DNA from: Octopus vulgaris
Lineage: Eukaryota
Assembly: GCA_951406725.2 (NCBI GenBank)
Contig: OX597826.1
Location: forward strand, 29,636,001-29,700,000
Direction: 5' to 3'
DNA length: 64,000 nt
Positions 37,734-51,100 of the stretch are shown in pieces. How positions within the stretch are numbered: the first letter of the stretch is position 1; each line of letters begins with the position of its first letter. The notes under the pieces were generated by a model. The model had not been told where the DNA came from. It made no database searches and was given only the letters and a program-made list of their open reading frames with translations. A program made the position numbers and the translations under genes.

Positions 37734-38290
37734 ATGGACAGCAAATTTATTAAACCAAATTTATTCACCGCTAATCCAAGTTCGAGTCAAGCCTCAAAAG
37801 AATGGAAATAATGGTCCTTGGGTCTTCTAAAATCAACACTCAATCTTTCAAAGGCTTGAGTAGATTTAATTACTAACGAAACAGAGGTTTTAGTAAAGCG
37901 AGGCTTCACCTCACAACATATTACACAATTGTTAGTTATATGCTTTACGTCATCTACAGAGTATGGTAAATTCTTAACTCTAATATAATGAAACAATCGT
38001 GATCCCAGGATGACACAGCACTGCATGAACACAGTACAGTTCATTATCAGTCGTAGCCGTGCAAAAGTAACGCGATAAAGCATCAGATTCAGCATTAAAC
38101 TTGCCTTGGCGGTAAATGATATCAAATTTATACTGAGCTAGTTCGATTCGCCAACGCATCATCTTTTCGATTTTAGTTTTACTGCGCCTTTGACAAACAT
38201 AAAAGCAACACTGTTTTGATCAGTTATTAGTTTGAAGTTGTGTCCGAGAGGAAAATGAGACCATTTTCTCATAGATTCCACAATTTCAGA
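37734..38290. mobile_element. Rearranged Ty3/Gypsy relic: gag start on +, RNase H-integrase on -
   Basis: + MDSKFIKPNLFTANPSSSQASKEWK*W; - FKLITDQ..RWRIELAQYKFDIIYRQGKFNAESDALSR..LCHPG..CVICCEVKP..FERLSVDF. Confidence 0.8.
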
Positions 38291-41200
38291 GAAAAGAGGC
38301 TACATGTAGAATAAACTAAATTATTCTAGAAGCCTACTTTTTTTTCCAGCAATTACTAGTGGCAGTTTTATTTACCAAGGGAGGTCATTCATGTAAAATC
38401 TGCTTAAGGGAGACAACTCTCGATGACGTTTAAACATTCTCAACAAACTTTTCCGGTGGTATTACGAAATGAATTTTCAGTTTGAATAAACTTAATTATT
38501 TGTTCATAAATATAGAAACTTCGGAATTGCATTTGTAATATTGTGCGGCATATTTTCTGCTGAGTTGAAGAAATATTGTTAAACATAGAGCAAGGGTTTC
38601 TAAGACGAGGTTAGTGATCACATACATGATAAATCCCAGAATTTATGGTTTCAGTCTATTTGAGTGTAGAATCCTGTACACGACTCCTTAATATGCTAGA
38701 AGTAGTAGTCAAATTTCTCTTAAGCTATAGGAATAACAAATTGGTTTAATGTAGAGACGTCCATACATTGTGTCTGGCCTTCACCCAGCCCACCAAAGAG
38801 TCGACCGGGTGGTGGTGGTGGTGGGAACATTTGCAATATGTTTGCTCAACCACAACGAGACGAGTAATCTATCTAGTTGTCTCGATGTACTAGAACTAGC
38901 AGCGAAATAAAATCTACCTTAAATCAGATTGTACCGGGGGACTTTTTGATTCAGTTGTTGGCCAAACATCAACACCTTTCAAATAGTATGGTTCAATTTG
39001 GCAGTGTTAGCAGTATAACCTGCTGGGGGTAGAAATGGGGGGGGGGGGGATGAGAAGTACAATAACTAGGAAAAAGATATGAAATATATACAACAAAACA
39101 AATAATCAATCATCATCATTGTTTAACTTCCGTTTTCCATGCTGGCATGGGTTGGATGGTTCGACTGGGGTCTAGGAAGCCAGGAGGCTGCACCAGGCCC
39201 CAATCTGATCTGGTAGTGTTTTCTACAGCTGGATGCCCTTCCTAAGGCCAACCACTTCGAGAGTATAGTGGGTGCTTTATACGTGCCACCGGCACAGGGG
39301 CCAGAGGAGCTAGCATCAACCACGATCGATGGTGCTTTTTACATGCCACTGGCACGGAAGCCAGTCAAAGCAGCTCTGGCATCGGCCACGGAAAGATGGT
39401 GCTTTTTACGTGCTACCGGCATGGGGCTGACGACTACAATTTCCATTTGAGACATGATATTGATGTTGACGTTAGTGTGCTTGACTCAGTAGGGTATCCT
39501 CAAGGTACTTTTGAGTGGGCTGGTTATGCAATACTGGTGTAAGATACAGCTTTTTTTGTACCCATGTTGATGGGTACGAGTGTTTAAATCCGATAAAAAA
39601 TACGCAACCTTGCTTAGACATTTTGGCTGGTCGTTGGGCGCGTTTTTGTGCTCCAAACAACGAGAGGTAATCTGCAGCGAAATAAAATCTACCTTAATCA
39701 GATTGTACCGGGCTTTTTTGATTCAGGAAAAAATTCGGTGGACACGAAATCGGCAAGGATTTGATGTCGCTAATGTATGAAAAGGTGTAGATATGTGTGC
39801 ATGTGAGAGAGATTATGTTAATAAAAACCATTTAAGCCCCATGTACACGCGCTCACATGTAAATAACGTCGCACAACAGCGTACACCCCACCGCCGCTCT
39901 CTCCCTGTCTGCATGTCTATCTTCAAACTGCTAGAAATTGCAACCAAATCTCCACACCGTACACACACACGAAAGAAAGACACAGTCAATGAAAAAAAAA
40001 TTAAAAAAAGGAAAGAAAAAGACATTGCCATCTATAAAGAAGCCAGATTAGATATATATAGGATAATGATCACGACTTGAACGCTTTGTAGCATAGGTCT
40101 GCGCCATCAGATCTACAGGGCAACACAGTAATCAAAGCCAGAGCTTGTTTATGTGTTTGAAACGTTAGAAATAGCAGTGAACTGCTTCCCAATTTGGACC
40201 CAAGGGTATAAGAAAAGAAGGACACTTTGTCCGAAGTAGTTCCTGATACACAAAAGACAGGATGGTCACTATTTGAGCGGATTTTATAAGTGGTGTGATG
40301 AGCCGGGGCTAACCAAGTGCTAAGGTACCACAACTAAAGGAACCTCTACACAGTTAGTTGATCTAAAATGTTAAAAAAAAAGACAACCCAAAACGCCGAA
40401 AGGAAGGATATATTAGACAATGTCAGCCTCGATGTACGTAAAGATGAGATGACCATGAGTTCATCGAAAGTCAAATCAAGCTAGTAAGAAATTTTCTTCA
40501 AATAATATACTAAAATGCCATTGCCAAATACGCTATCTTTAAGATCGCATGTTCGTGCTTGTGTGTGTATATATATTCATGTATGCCTCGATTAACGTAC
40601 GAAAATAGACATATGTGTGTTGCTAGATGTTTTATGTGCGTGTCTATTAGCGAATGAAAATAGCCGCCTGTGTGCTTGCTAGATGCGCTATAAGTAACAA
40701 CCAAATCTCCTTTAAATCCTACCGCTTTGTCTATGAATATGTGCGTATATAAGCGCTCGCGCACACATACACACACTATATAACATACCTGTAATGCAGT
40801 TTTATAAATTTAATCGCTTAACAGCTTTGTTACAGTTTCGGTCAAAAAAATTCTCCATAGAATAAGAGAAAAAATTAAATGATCTTTAGACATCGCTGAT
40901 CGGATAAGTATAACTTAGACTCTTTTGTACTGGAGTGTCTGAAAACCTGAAAACTGGTCGACAAATCACGGAACGGCCTGCTGTCCCACCGCACAAAAGC
41001 ACACCCGCAACATAAAACGGATGAAAGTCAAAACGAACTAACTTTTGTCTCTTCGTATTTATGCCCCTTAGATTGACTTTAATCTTCGTCCAGGTTAAAG
41101 TGAAAACTATTTTAATGTCTGTGAATAAGACTAACCCTGGAGCACTGACGAGCTAGTAATAGCAGCTAAATGTTATACAATAGCTACACTCGGTAGAAAT

Positions 41201-41338
41201 GACAGCCAAATCTCCCTTACTGTCACACACACAATATATATATATATAGTTGAAATTTACAGAAAAACAAAACACTAAGACAAGTGTATGAACAACAAGC
41301 AGGTGTAATTAGTTTGACGCTCGGGAAAGCGAAGAAGT

Positions 41339-41374
41339 CTTTTACGTTTCGAGCCTACGCTCTTCAACAGAAAG
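41339..41374 (-). ncRNA. Variant minimal hammerhead motif (core CUGUUGA)
   Basis: CUUU-CUGUUGA-A-GAGC guag GCUC-GAAA-CG-UA-AAAG. Confidence 0.5.
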
Positions 41375-41861
41375 GAATAAGAGAAAAAAAAACTTGTGGA
41401 TTTAGAGATCAAGCATGGCAACTGGTTAGAAAAAATGATTTGACAGCAGAGGTAGAAAGAAGAGATAATAAAGCATTGGTGATCCCAAAACGAAGGTGCC
41501 TGTGCGTATGTGAGAATGTGTTTGCGTGTGTGTGTGTGGATAGGGGCTAGTGATTTTGACGTGTGTACATGTGTGAGTATGGTGCTCCAGCATGACCACA
41601 GTCAAATGACTGAAACAAGTAAAAGAATAAAGGAAAGAATATATATAGCCAAATACTTTTCTGCGACAGCCGTGCGTGGCTGCTTCACCAGGTGGAGTAC
41701 AATGAAGTCCTTTTGGATTCTTGTCATCTAATCCCATCATTCCTTCACTGAGACACTAATGTTTTGGGCATAAATTCATTGTACTATTTACTAGTCATCA
41801 GGACGAGGAGAGCCTAAAAGTGTAATACTGTTTGGCAGTTATAAGTTACGTTACTATCCAA

Positions 41862-42066
41862 TTTCTTTACTACCCACAAGGGGCTACACACAGAGAGGAT
41901 AGACAAACGGATTAAGTTGATTATATCGACCCCAGAGCGTAACTGGTACTTATTTAATCGACCCCGAAAGGATGAAAGGCAAAGTTGACCTCGGCGGAAT
42001 TTGAACTCAGAACGTAGCGGCAGACGAAATACGCATTTCGCCCGGCGTGCTAACGTTTCTGCCAGC
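41862..42066 (-). mobile_element. SINE family C monomer
   Basis: Flanked by TTATAAGTTACrTTACTwTCCA direct repeats. Confidence 0.85.
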
Positions 42067-42278
42067 TTATAAGTTACATTACTTTCCATCGACCAAATTA
42101 TCAGATTCCGAGGAAAACAAGCATAAATCCAATATTCATATTACAATAACAACCAACAACAATAGCAGAGTCAAGGCGACTTTCATGGTCCTCATAGTAG
42201 TAAGAAAAAAAAAAAGGCAAAAATAATCTAATTTGAATGATTGTGGTAATCAAATGGAAAAAAATAAAATAAAAATGT

Positions 42279-42651
42279 AGGCGTAGGAGTGGCTGTGTGG
42301 TAAGTAACTTGCTTATGAACCACATGATTCCGGGTTCAGTCCCACTGCGTGGTACCTTGGGCAAGTGTCTTCTACTATAGCCCCGGGTCGACCAAAGCCT
42401 TGTGAGTGGATTTGGTAGACGGAAACTGAAAGAACCCCGTCGTATATATGTATGTGTGTGTGTGTGTGTGTCTGTGTCTCCCCAACATCGCTTGACTACC
42501 GATGCTGGTGTTTACATCCCCGTAACATAGCGGTTCGGCAAAAGAAACCGATAGAATAAGTACTAGGCTTACAAAGAATAAGTCCTGGGGTCGATTTGCT
42601 CGACTAAAGGCGGTGCTCCTGCATCGCCGCAGTCACATGACAAACAAGTAA
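42279..42651 (+). mobile_element. SINE family A
   Basis: Full copy; AAATGTA on both sides as possible TSD. Confidence 0.85.
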
Positions 42652-42654
42652 ATG

Positions 42655-43130
<476 letters not shown>

Positions 43131-43487
43131 TAAACGACTTCCACAAAGTAGTGAATGAAGTATGTTTTTAGGTTGAAAAAAAAAAGGAAAATAAAGAGAT
43201 ACAAAGGATAGTTAAGACACTGTGTTATCTTTTTACGAGTCTGATTAGCTTCTTTGAATTATCTCTTATCTCCATCGTTCGTTATGCTTTCCGGCCACTT
43301 GGTTTTTAGTGACCTCTATGAACTTTACTGGTCATCACTTTCTAAGTTACAGGCCAGCTTCCTTGCACATATTTTATACGTTATCTTTCAATTTACTATT
43401 TTTTCCTTTACTTTTTAATACAATTATCTCTTCTTGTACCCTTACAAACTCCTAATTCAATACAAATATTAATATATTCATTAACTG

Positions 43488-43815
43488 TCTCTCTCTCTCC
43501 TTCGCCTGCGTGTCTCTCCTTCATCCGTCTCTCTCTCCTTCAGCTGCGTCTGTCTGTCTCTCCATCATCTGTCTCTCCTTCATCTGTCTGTCTGTGTCTC
43601 TCTCTTTCTCCTTCGCCTACATCTGTCTGTCTCTTCATCAGTGTCTGTCTTTCAACCGTCTCTCCTTCATCCGTCTCTTCTTCGTCTGCGTCTCTCCATC
43701 AGTGTTTCTCCATCATCTGTCTCTCCTTCATCTGTCTGTCTGTCTGTATCTTTCCATCTGTGTGTGTCTCTCCATCTCTCTGTCTATCCTTCATCTGTCT
43801 GTCTGTCTCTCTCTA
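43488..43815. repeat. CT-rich degenerate minisatellite (TCTGTCTCTCCTTCA-like units)
   Basis: Direct reading. Confidence 0.8.
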
Positions 43816-44049
43816 GTGGTTAGGCTGTTGTACTCACGATTGCATGATCGGGGGTTCGACTCCCAGACCAGGTGGCGTTGTGTTCTTGAGCAAAACAATA
43901 CATTTCACGTTGCTCCAGTACCCCTTTCAATCAGGGGGAATGTTGGCCTGCTCGCCTAGCCACGGGTTGGCATCATTCGAAAGCTAAAACAATGCAAAGC
44001 GCATTGTGACCAGCGATGTTTAACATCTGGGAGTCTGGTCGATCACGTG

Positions 44050-44088
<39 letters not shown>

Positions 44089-44091
<3 letters not shown>

Positions 44092-44572
44092 TTGAAATGT
44101 ACGGAAAAACAAAAAACGAAGATAGGTGTATAGACAACAAGCAGGTGTATTAGTTTAACGCACGGGAAGGTGAGAAAGTCTTTTACGTTTCGAGCCTACG
44201 CTCTTCAGCAGAAAGGAGCACGAGAAAATAACCAGAGAAAGAATGAAAAAAAAACTTGTGGATTTAGCGATAACGTACGGAGTAAGAAAAAACAAAGTTA
44301 AAAAAAGTTCAAAAAGATTCAAACGTCGTGGTGCATTGGAGCAATTTTTCATCATCGGAAGAGTCCATTGAGTATATCCAGTGGCAATCCGGGTGGAGTG
44401 CTGGTATGTAGATGAGGAGAGGCACAGACAATTCAGGTAGAAGTAAGTTCGAAATGTAGGAGGTTAAAGCAAGTTAAATCTGGTGCGACCACGTGTGCGT
44501 ACAATATATAGTTGAAATTTACAGGTAAACAAAAGACGAAGACAGGTGTATAAACAACAAGCAGCTGTATTA
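44089..44572 (-). mobile_element. Penelope-like fragment with full and partial direct terminal repeats
   Basis: 44089-44275 is repeated in part at 44509-44572 and at 41248-41410; each abuts a TA run; HHR variant inside. Confidence 0.55.
44180..44215 (-). ncRNA. Variant minimal hammerhead motif (core CUGCUGA)
   Basis: CUUU-CUGCUGA-A-GAGC guag GCUC-GAAA-CG-UA-AAAG; same family as 41339-41374. Confidence 0.5.
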
Positions 44573-44897
44573 CACATATATATGCCATTTCTAGCAGACG
44601 AGGTGTCCAGTACTGGAGAGAGGCAGAAATAGCCCGAAACCTGGCTGGTCTACTGGTCCCGTCGCTAGAAGGTAGTAGGGATTCGCTACCCTGCTTGCAA
44701 TATATCGGATGCAGGTGTGCATCGTTAACCAGCTACAGATGTCTCCCGGGGTTAAAAAATAGCAGTAAAGTCCATTCGAACGGAACAGCCATGTTGAAGT
44801 GGCTACAAACATTACTTGCTAGAAATTTCAGAGCTAGCTTTTTTGCTCGTTATATATATATATATATATATATATATAACTTCCTATAAATACATTA

Positions 44898-45462
44898 TTT
44901 TCTACTCCAGGCGCAAGGCCCGAAATTTTTGGGGAGGGGACCAATCAATTAAATCAACCCCAGTACACAACTGGTACTTAATTTATCGACCCCGAAAGGA
45001 TGAAAGGCAAACTCGACCTTGACGGAATTTGAACTCAGAACATAAAGACAGACGAAATACCTATTACTTTACTACCCACAAGGGGCTAAACACAGAGAGG
45101 ACAAACGGATTAAGTCGATTATATCGACCCCAGTGCGTAACTGGTACTTATTTAATCGACCCCGAAAGGATGAAAGGCAAAGTGGACCTTGGCGGAATTT
45201 GAACTCAGAACGTAGCGGCAGACGAAATACCTATTTCTTTACTGCCCACAAGGCGCTAAACACAGAGAGGACAAACAAGGACAGAAAAACGGATTGAGTC
45301 GATTATATCGATCCCAGTGCGTAACTGGTACTTAATTTATCGACCCCGAAAGGATGAAAGGCAAAGTCGACCTCGGCGGAATTTGAACTCAGAACGTAGC
45401 GGCAGATGAAATACCGCTAAGCATTTCGCCCGGCCTGCTAACGTTTCTGCCAGCTCGCCGCC
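44898..45462 (-). mobile_element. SINE family C trimer with one TSD pair
   Basis: CTTCCTATAAATACATTA on both sides. Confidence 0.88.
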
Positions 45463-45649
45463 TTCCTATAAATACATTACTGTTCTGATGTTTAGAGTGT
45501 CCACTGATGATTATATATATGACCCAAACGAAGGAGCTACTTGTTAGTAACTGATAATCCTCTAATAGCAGTAAAATCTCCCCCATCACATTTTATAATG
45601 TCTTATGTATAATATGCATACGTGAGTTTTTTTTTTGTTATATTGTAGC

Positions 45650-46320
45650 TCGATATAACAGAAACATTTGTTAAAAATCTTTCTGTCTCTCTCAAACAAC
45701 AGCACAAGATCTAGAATGATCAAAATAGATGAAAAATGGGTTCTCTATAGTTATATTCAACAAAAACGATAATGGTTAGCACCCAATGAGGAAAAAGAAA
45801 AATCCATCCTGAAACCAGAACCATACTCGATGAGAAAGTTAGGTTCTGTGTTTGGTGGGATGTGAAGGAATTCGTCATCATGACGTGTTAAACCAAAACA
45901 AAATAAGTAATGCAAAAAAGTATTGTCAATTCAAAGCATTTCCCAAACAGTTGCAGAAAAGCACCCATCATAGGTCAATCGTTAAGGATTGTTGCTCTTG
46001 GACGATAATGCAAGACCATATATTTCACAAGTCACCCAGGAAAAGATTATGGAATGAAGTGCTCTTCCATCGTCTTTACAGAGCATTGAAACGTTATTTA
46101 GAAAGAAAAGATTAATTGTAAAGAGGTTAAGAAAGATGCTATGCATTTCTTTGCTTTGAAATTTGAAAGAATTTTATGCTCGAGGGATCGACAATTCGCC
46201 AAATAGAAGGGATTGTGTGATCAATAATTAAAGGAAATATAATCTTGATTTAAATATATCAATTAAAACCAGAGCAGCATTTGTTTCTTTCCCATTTTGA
46301 AATGCGACAGGACTTTGTAA
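45650..46320 (+). mobile_element. Degraded mariner transposase
   Basis: DEKWVLY, CVWWD and DDNARP-like motifs across frames. Confidence 0.65.
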
Positions 46321-47589
46321 CTTAGTACAAAGAACGAAATAAAGCCGAACACAGTTCATTTACTCCGTTCCTTTCTCTCACACGTTCTGTCTGCCTGTTT
46401 GTCAGTCTCTCTCTCTCACAGCCAAAACTACATCTTCCACACATGCATTACCTTTCATTTACGTTCACACATTTCTTTACGAATACAAAGTGCGTCACAC
46501 ACACACACATTCTCTCTCTTCATATATACACCGCATACTTTCACGTCTCTCTCTCTCTCTCACACACACACACGCACAGATATAGTGTCTAATGAAACCA
46601 TCCAATTATTCTTCATCCCAGATATCTGTCATCACCACCACTACCATCACCAAAACCACTATTACTACTACCATCAACATCACCACCATTACTACCCATC
46701 CATTAAATAATACCCCTAATCTGTGTTAATCCGCCTACATTCTCTCATTCACTGGATTTCATCGATCACAGACGATCAGAAGCATTGAAACATTTCATAA
46801 AGTTTTCTTTTTAATTTCCTCCACTTTAAACAACACCTCAATTTCTTTATTTTCTCTCTCTCCATTACATATGTGTGCGTGTTCATCTGTGCGTGTCTTA
46901 GCTATATAGGTGGATAGTTACTTCACATGCTTCAATCGAAAACTCTCAAGGGTGAAAAGCTAAGTATATTTCCATCATGAACTCCCCGTCTGAGAATGGC
47001 TCGTCTAGGTTTTGCTAGAAAAAAAAAAGATTAGTTGCTATTCATTTATCTCTGCAACAAACAATAGTTACGCCACGTTTCTAAATAATACACACATATA
47101 GAATTATCTTTTATTATTTTCAAGCGCCATTTGTTTCCTGGACAACGTCGGGTGTTTGTATGTGTGTGTGTGTACGTACAAGATTTTCGGGCTAAATTTT
47201 ACAGTTTATATAAAAGGAAAAGAAAACACATTAAAAAAAATTAGAAAAAAAAAATATCAGCCAGAATAATTGGCACTCCGTCGGTTACGACGACGTGGGT
47301 TCTAGTTTATCCGTTCAACGGAACAGACTGCTCGTGAAATTCACGTGCATGTGGCTGAGCACACTACAGACACGTGTACCTTAAACGTGGTTCTCAGGGA
47401 GATTCAACCTGACACAGTGTGATAAGGTTGGCCCTTTGAAATACAGGTACTACTCATTTTTACAAGCAGAGTGAACTGGAGCAATATGAAATAAAGTGTC
47501 TTACCCAAGGACACAACGCGTCGCCAGAAATTGAACGCAGGACCTTGCCATGTGCCTTCACTAACCAAAACATGACTGGGGAAATAACG

Positions 47590-48050
47590 GCTTACTCAAA
47601 ATATCCGCCCTCAGCTCCCACCATCCAGAATCTGATGCATGCGTTTCCCATTGTGTTCCTGGGAAGATCTTCAAACACCTCCTTGATCTTGGTCACCAAC
47701 TCGGCCTCGGTGTTGCAGGCAGAGCCGTTGGCGTCTTTCTCAATCGCACCCCCAAAATTAGAAATCCTTGGGACTACCATCAAGTGGATTAGGAGGCTAG
47801 AAATTGGGGCTGTTGAAGCCGTAGAAATTCTTCAGCAACCACTTCGGATACTTTCCGAAGGTATGGTAAGGAGTCGAACCCTGCTACCACACATATGGCC
47901 TCCCAGTAACAATCCACTCCAGCCAGGGATTAACCACAGTCTCCAGCTGCTTTACATAGCCATCTGTATTGAGCCTAAGGCCGTGTTCCAAAATGTGGGA
48001 ATGAATACCGGCATGCGAACGTAGTTAGAATGCTTGCTGTGTCCCTTCCT
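47590..48050 (-). mobile_element. Related Tc1/mariner transposase relic
   Basis: GAIEKDANGSACNTEAELVTKIKEVFEDLPRNTMGNACIRF...AEGGYFE; parallels 27452-28008. Confidence 0.7.
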
Positions 48051-48201
48051 GCAGGCCACGGCTTCGTTATCTTCGTTGTAGCGGTTCATACCACGTCATA
48101 CAGCCTTTGTGTTCACACGACAGCAGCCATGCAGTCGGCATTGAGACACCCAGCGCGAATCATTGTGGTACAGGTAATTCTTATCCAATATTTAAATAGC
48201 T

Positions 48202-48988
48202 AAGGCGGCGAACTGGCAGAAACGTTAGCACGCCGGGCGAAATGCTACGTTCTGAATTTGAATTCCGCCGCGGTCGACTTTGCCTTTCATCCTTTCGGGG
48301 TCGATTAAATAAGTACCAGTTACGCACTGGGGTCGATATAATCGACTTAATCTGTTTGTCTGTCCTTGTTTGTTCCCTCTGTGTTTAGCCCCTTGTGGGT
48401 AGTAAAGAAATAAATATTTCGTCTCTCTTTACGTTCTGAGTTCAAATTCCGCCGAGGCCGACTTTGCATTTCGTCCTTTGGGGATCGACAAATTAAGTAC
48501 CAGTTACATACTGGAGTCGATCTAATCGACTGGCCTCCTCTCCCAAAATGTCGGGCCTTGTGCCTAGAGTAGAAAAGAATATTAAAGGCGGCGCACTGGC
48601 AGAAACGTTAGCGCGCCGGGCGAAATGTTTAGCGGTATTTCGTCTGTCTTTACGTTCTGAGTTCAAATTCCGCCGAGGTTGACTTTGCCTTTCATCCTTT
48701 CGGGGTCGATAAATTAAGTACCAGTTCCGCACTGGGGTCGATGTAATCGACTTAATACCTATGTTTGTCCTTGTTTGTCCCCTCTATGTTTAGCCCCTTG
48801 TGGGTAATAAAGAAATAGGTATTTCGTCTGCCGTTACGTTCTGAGTTCAAATTCTGCCACGGTCGACTTTGCATTTCATCCTTTCGGGGTCGATAAATTA
48901 AGTACCAGTTACGTACTAGGGACGATCTAATCGACTGCCCCACCACCCCAAAAATTTCGGGCCTTGTGCTTAGAATAGAAAAGAATAT
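48202..48988 (+). mobile_element. SINE family C tetramer (two dimers)
   Basis: [head-body-tailA][body-tailB] twice. Confidence 0.85.
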
Positions 48989-49793
48989 TCAAACGGCTTC
49001 CAATCCACCCTATCAGCTAACTTTTTCTCAACAACTTTAATCTTTATGCTCTCCAACGCCGTTAATTGTTTACTAATACATATAGCTGTTCCCGAAGAAA
49101 GGTGTCACAAAAGGAATCGTCAAATTTGTCCCCAACACGCTCTACCCCACCCCACATACACACAAATGTCTATACACACGCTCACACTTTATACTTCTTT
49201 CAATCCTTGTACTACGGCCATGCTGGGGCATCGCCTTGAGGGGTTCAATCAACCAAATCAACACTAGTGTTTGCTTCTTTCAAGTTTGGTACGTATTCTT
49301 TCAGTCTCTTATCCCGAAACGCTAAATTACGGGGACATAAACAAACCAACAGCGATTGTGTGGTGATAAATATGCGCTTCTCCTTCTGTGTGTGTGCGCG
49401 TATTACACACACATACGACAGGCTTCTGTATAGTTTCCATCTACCAAATTCCGTCACATGGCATTGATCGATTCGAATGGCTTGATGGCTAGAGATATTC
49501 GGCGCACGATCGTCAGGTCGAGAGTTCGATATCCGGCGGCGCACCAAGTGCTTGAGCAGGACACTTTATTTCCCGTTGCTTCCGTGTACTCATCTAGCAA
49601 ACATGAGTTGTACCTGTAATTCAAGGGGGACTAGTCTTGTCACATCTTGTGTCACCCTGGGTCTCCCTGAGAACTACATTAAGAATACACGCGTCTGTGG
49701 AGTGCTCAACCACTTGTACGTTAATTTCACGAGCAGGCTGTTCCGTTGACCGGACCAACCGGAACACTCGTTGTTGTAATCGATTGAGTGCCA

Positions 49794-49832
<39 letters not shown>

Positions 49833-50789
49833 GCAAAGTTTAGGCTAGTTAAAATGTCTGACATATTTCAACTGCTAAAAGACAAATTCACCGCAGTTAC
49901 CGGAAATATATTTTTTTCTTATGGTAAACAGATTTAAAAACACCATATCACTTCAGTATCTTCATCTGTCAGGATACCCAGACATTTATGTTTCTAGCTC
50001 CCTAGCTCTTATCAATGGGAAATGCCTAAGAGAGGCAACTATGACACTGATTATGCCATGTATATGTTATAGTTTTGCAAGGAAAAGTTTGACAGCGACT
50101 TCTCAGATTCGGTTATACTCGCCTTCACCAGACTGTCTGATGAAGACAAACAAACAGAAACTCCGAAGTTACTTTCAATCTCTCTTTTTCATCTTTCGGT
50201 TGAAGTAGTTAAATATGTACCCTAATAAAAGTATGAAATAATCCTTGAATTTGATATTCATTTTGGTTTTAGATGCAACTTGACATACAACAAATATTAA
50301 TGTGTGTGTATGTGTATTTGTTTATACCCAAGAGGTCTTAAAGTTACGGCGACCAGACATCATCTCGCATGTAAGACAAACAATTTTTAAACAACCTATC
50401 ACAATCAATATGAAAACCAGACGTGGCAACCGTGCGTGATATAAATTATAAAACGAGACGAAGTTCAGCGCGAAAATTACCATTTTCTTTACAATGAACT
50501 GAATTATGGGAATTTTTTTTTCAATCTCGAGACAAACACGCCAAGTTCTTAGGTCTAGCACAAAGCAAAGAATGGCGAAAGTGAGTGAACAAGTCAAATT
50601 AATTAATGGAAAGATCTATAGTTTTTCTGGCTAATCATCATTATCATCAGCGTCGTCATCATCATCATCTGTATTTTTTGCAGCAGCTGCAGTAGTAGTG
50701 TGACATCAAGTCAACGCTGATTAAGCAAGCTTGTGACTAGAGACATTCCAAATATGACCATTCCTTAATTTGTTTTCAGCGAAATTCTT

Positions 50790-50901
50790 TTATTTTACGC
50801 CGAGCACCACCTTGAATGGTTTTAATCGGTCAAATCGATCCCAGGACTTATTTTTATGGGGATGCAAACACACCAACACCGGTTGTCAGACACAAAGACA
50901 C

Positions 50902-50939
<38 letters not shown>

Positions 50940-51100
50940 ACGAGTCTCTTTCAATTTCCGTCTACCAAATCCATTGACAAGGCTTTGGTCGGCCTGAGGC
51001 TGCAGTAGAAAACACTTGCCCGAGTTGCCATGCTGTGGGATTGAACCCAGAACCATGTGGTTGGGAAGCAAACTTCTTACTACACAACCATACCTGGGCC
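50790..51100 (-). mobile_element. SINE family A, diverged
   Basis: Reverse complement of family A. Confidence 0.7.

Noticed and set aside
41790-41810. Other CTGATGA/CTGAAGA words (41796-, 55280-, 54541+)
   Set aside because: No stem II-GAAA-stem I arrangement.
43510-43959. 149-aa Leu/Ser-rich ORF
   Set aside because: CT minisatellite running into a SINE.
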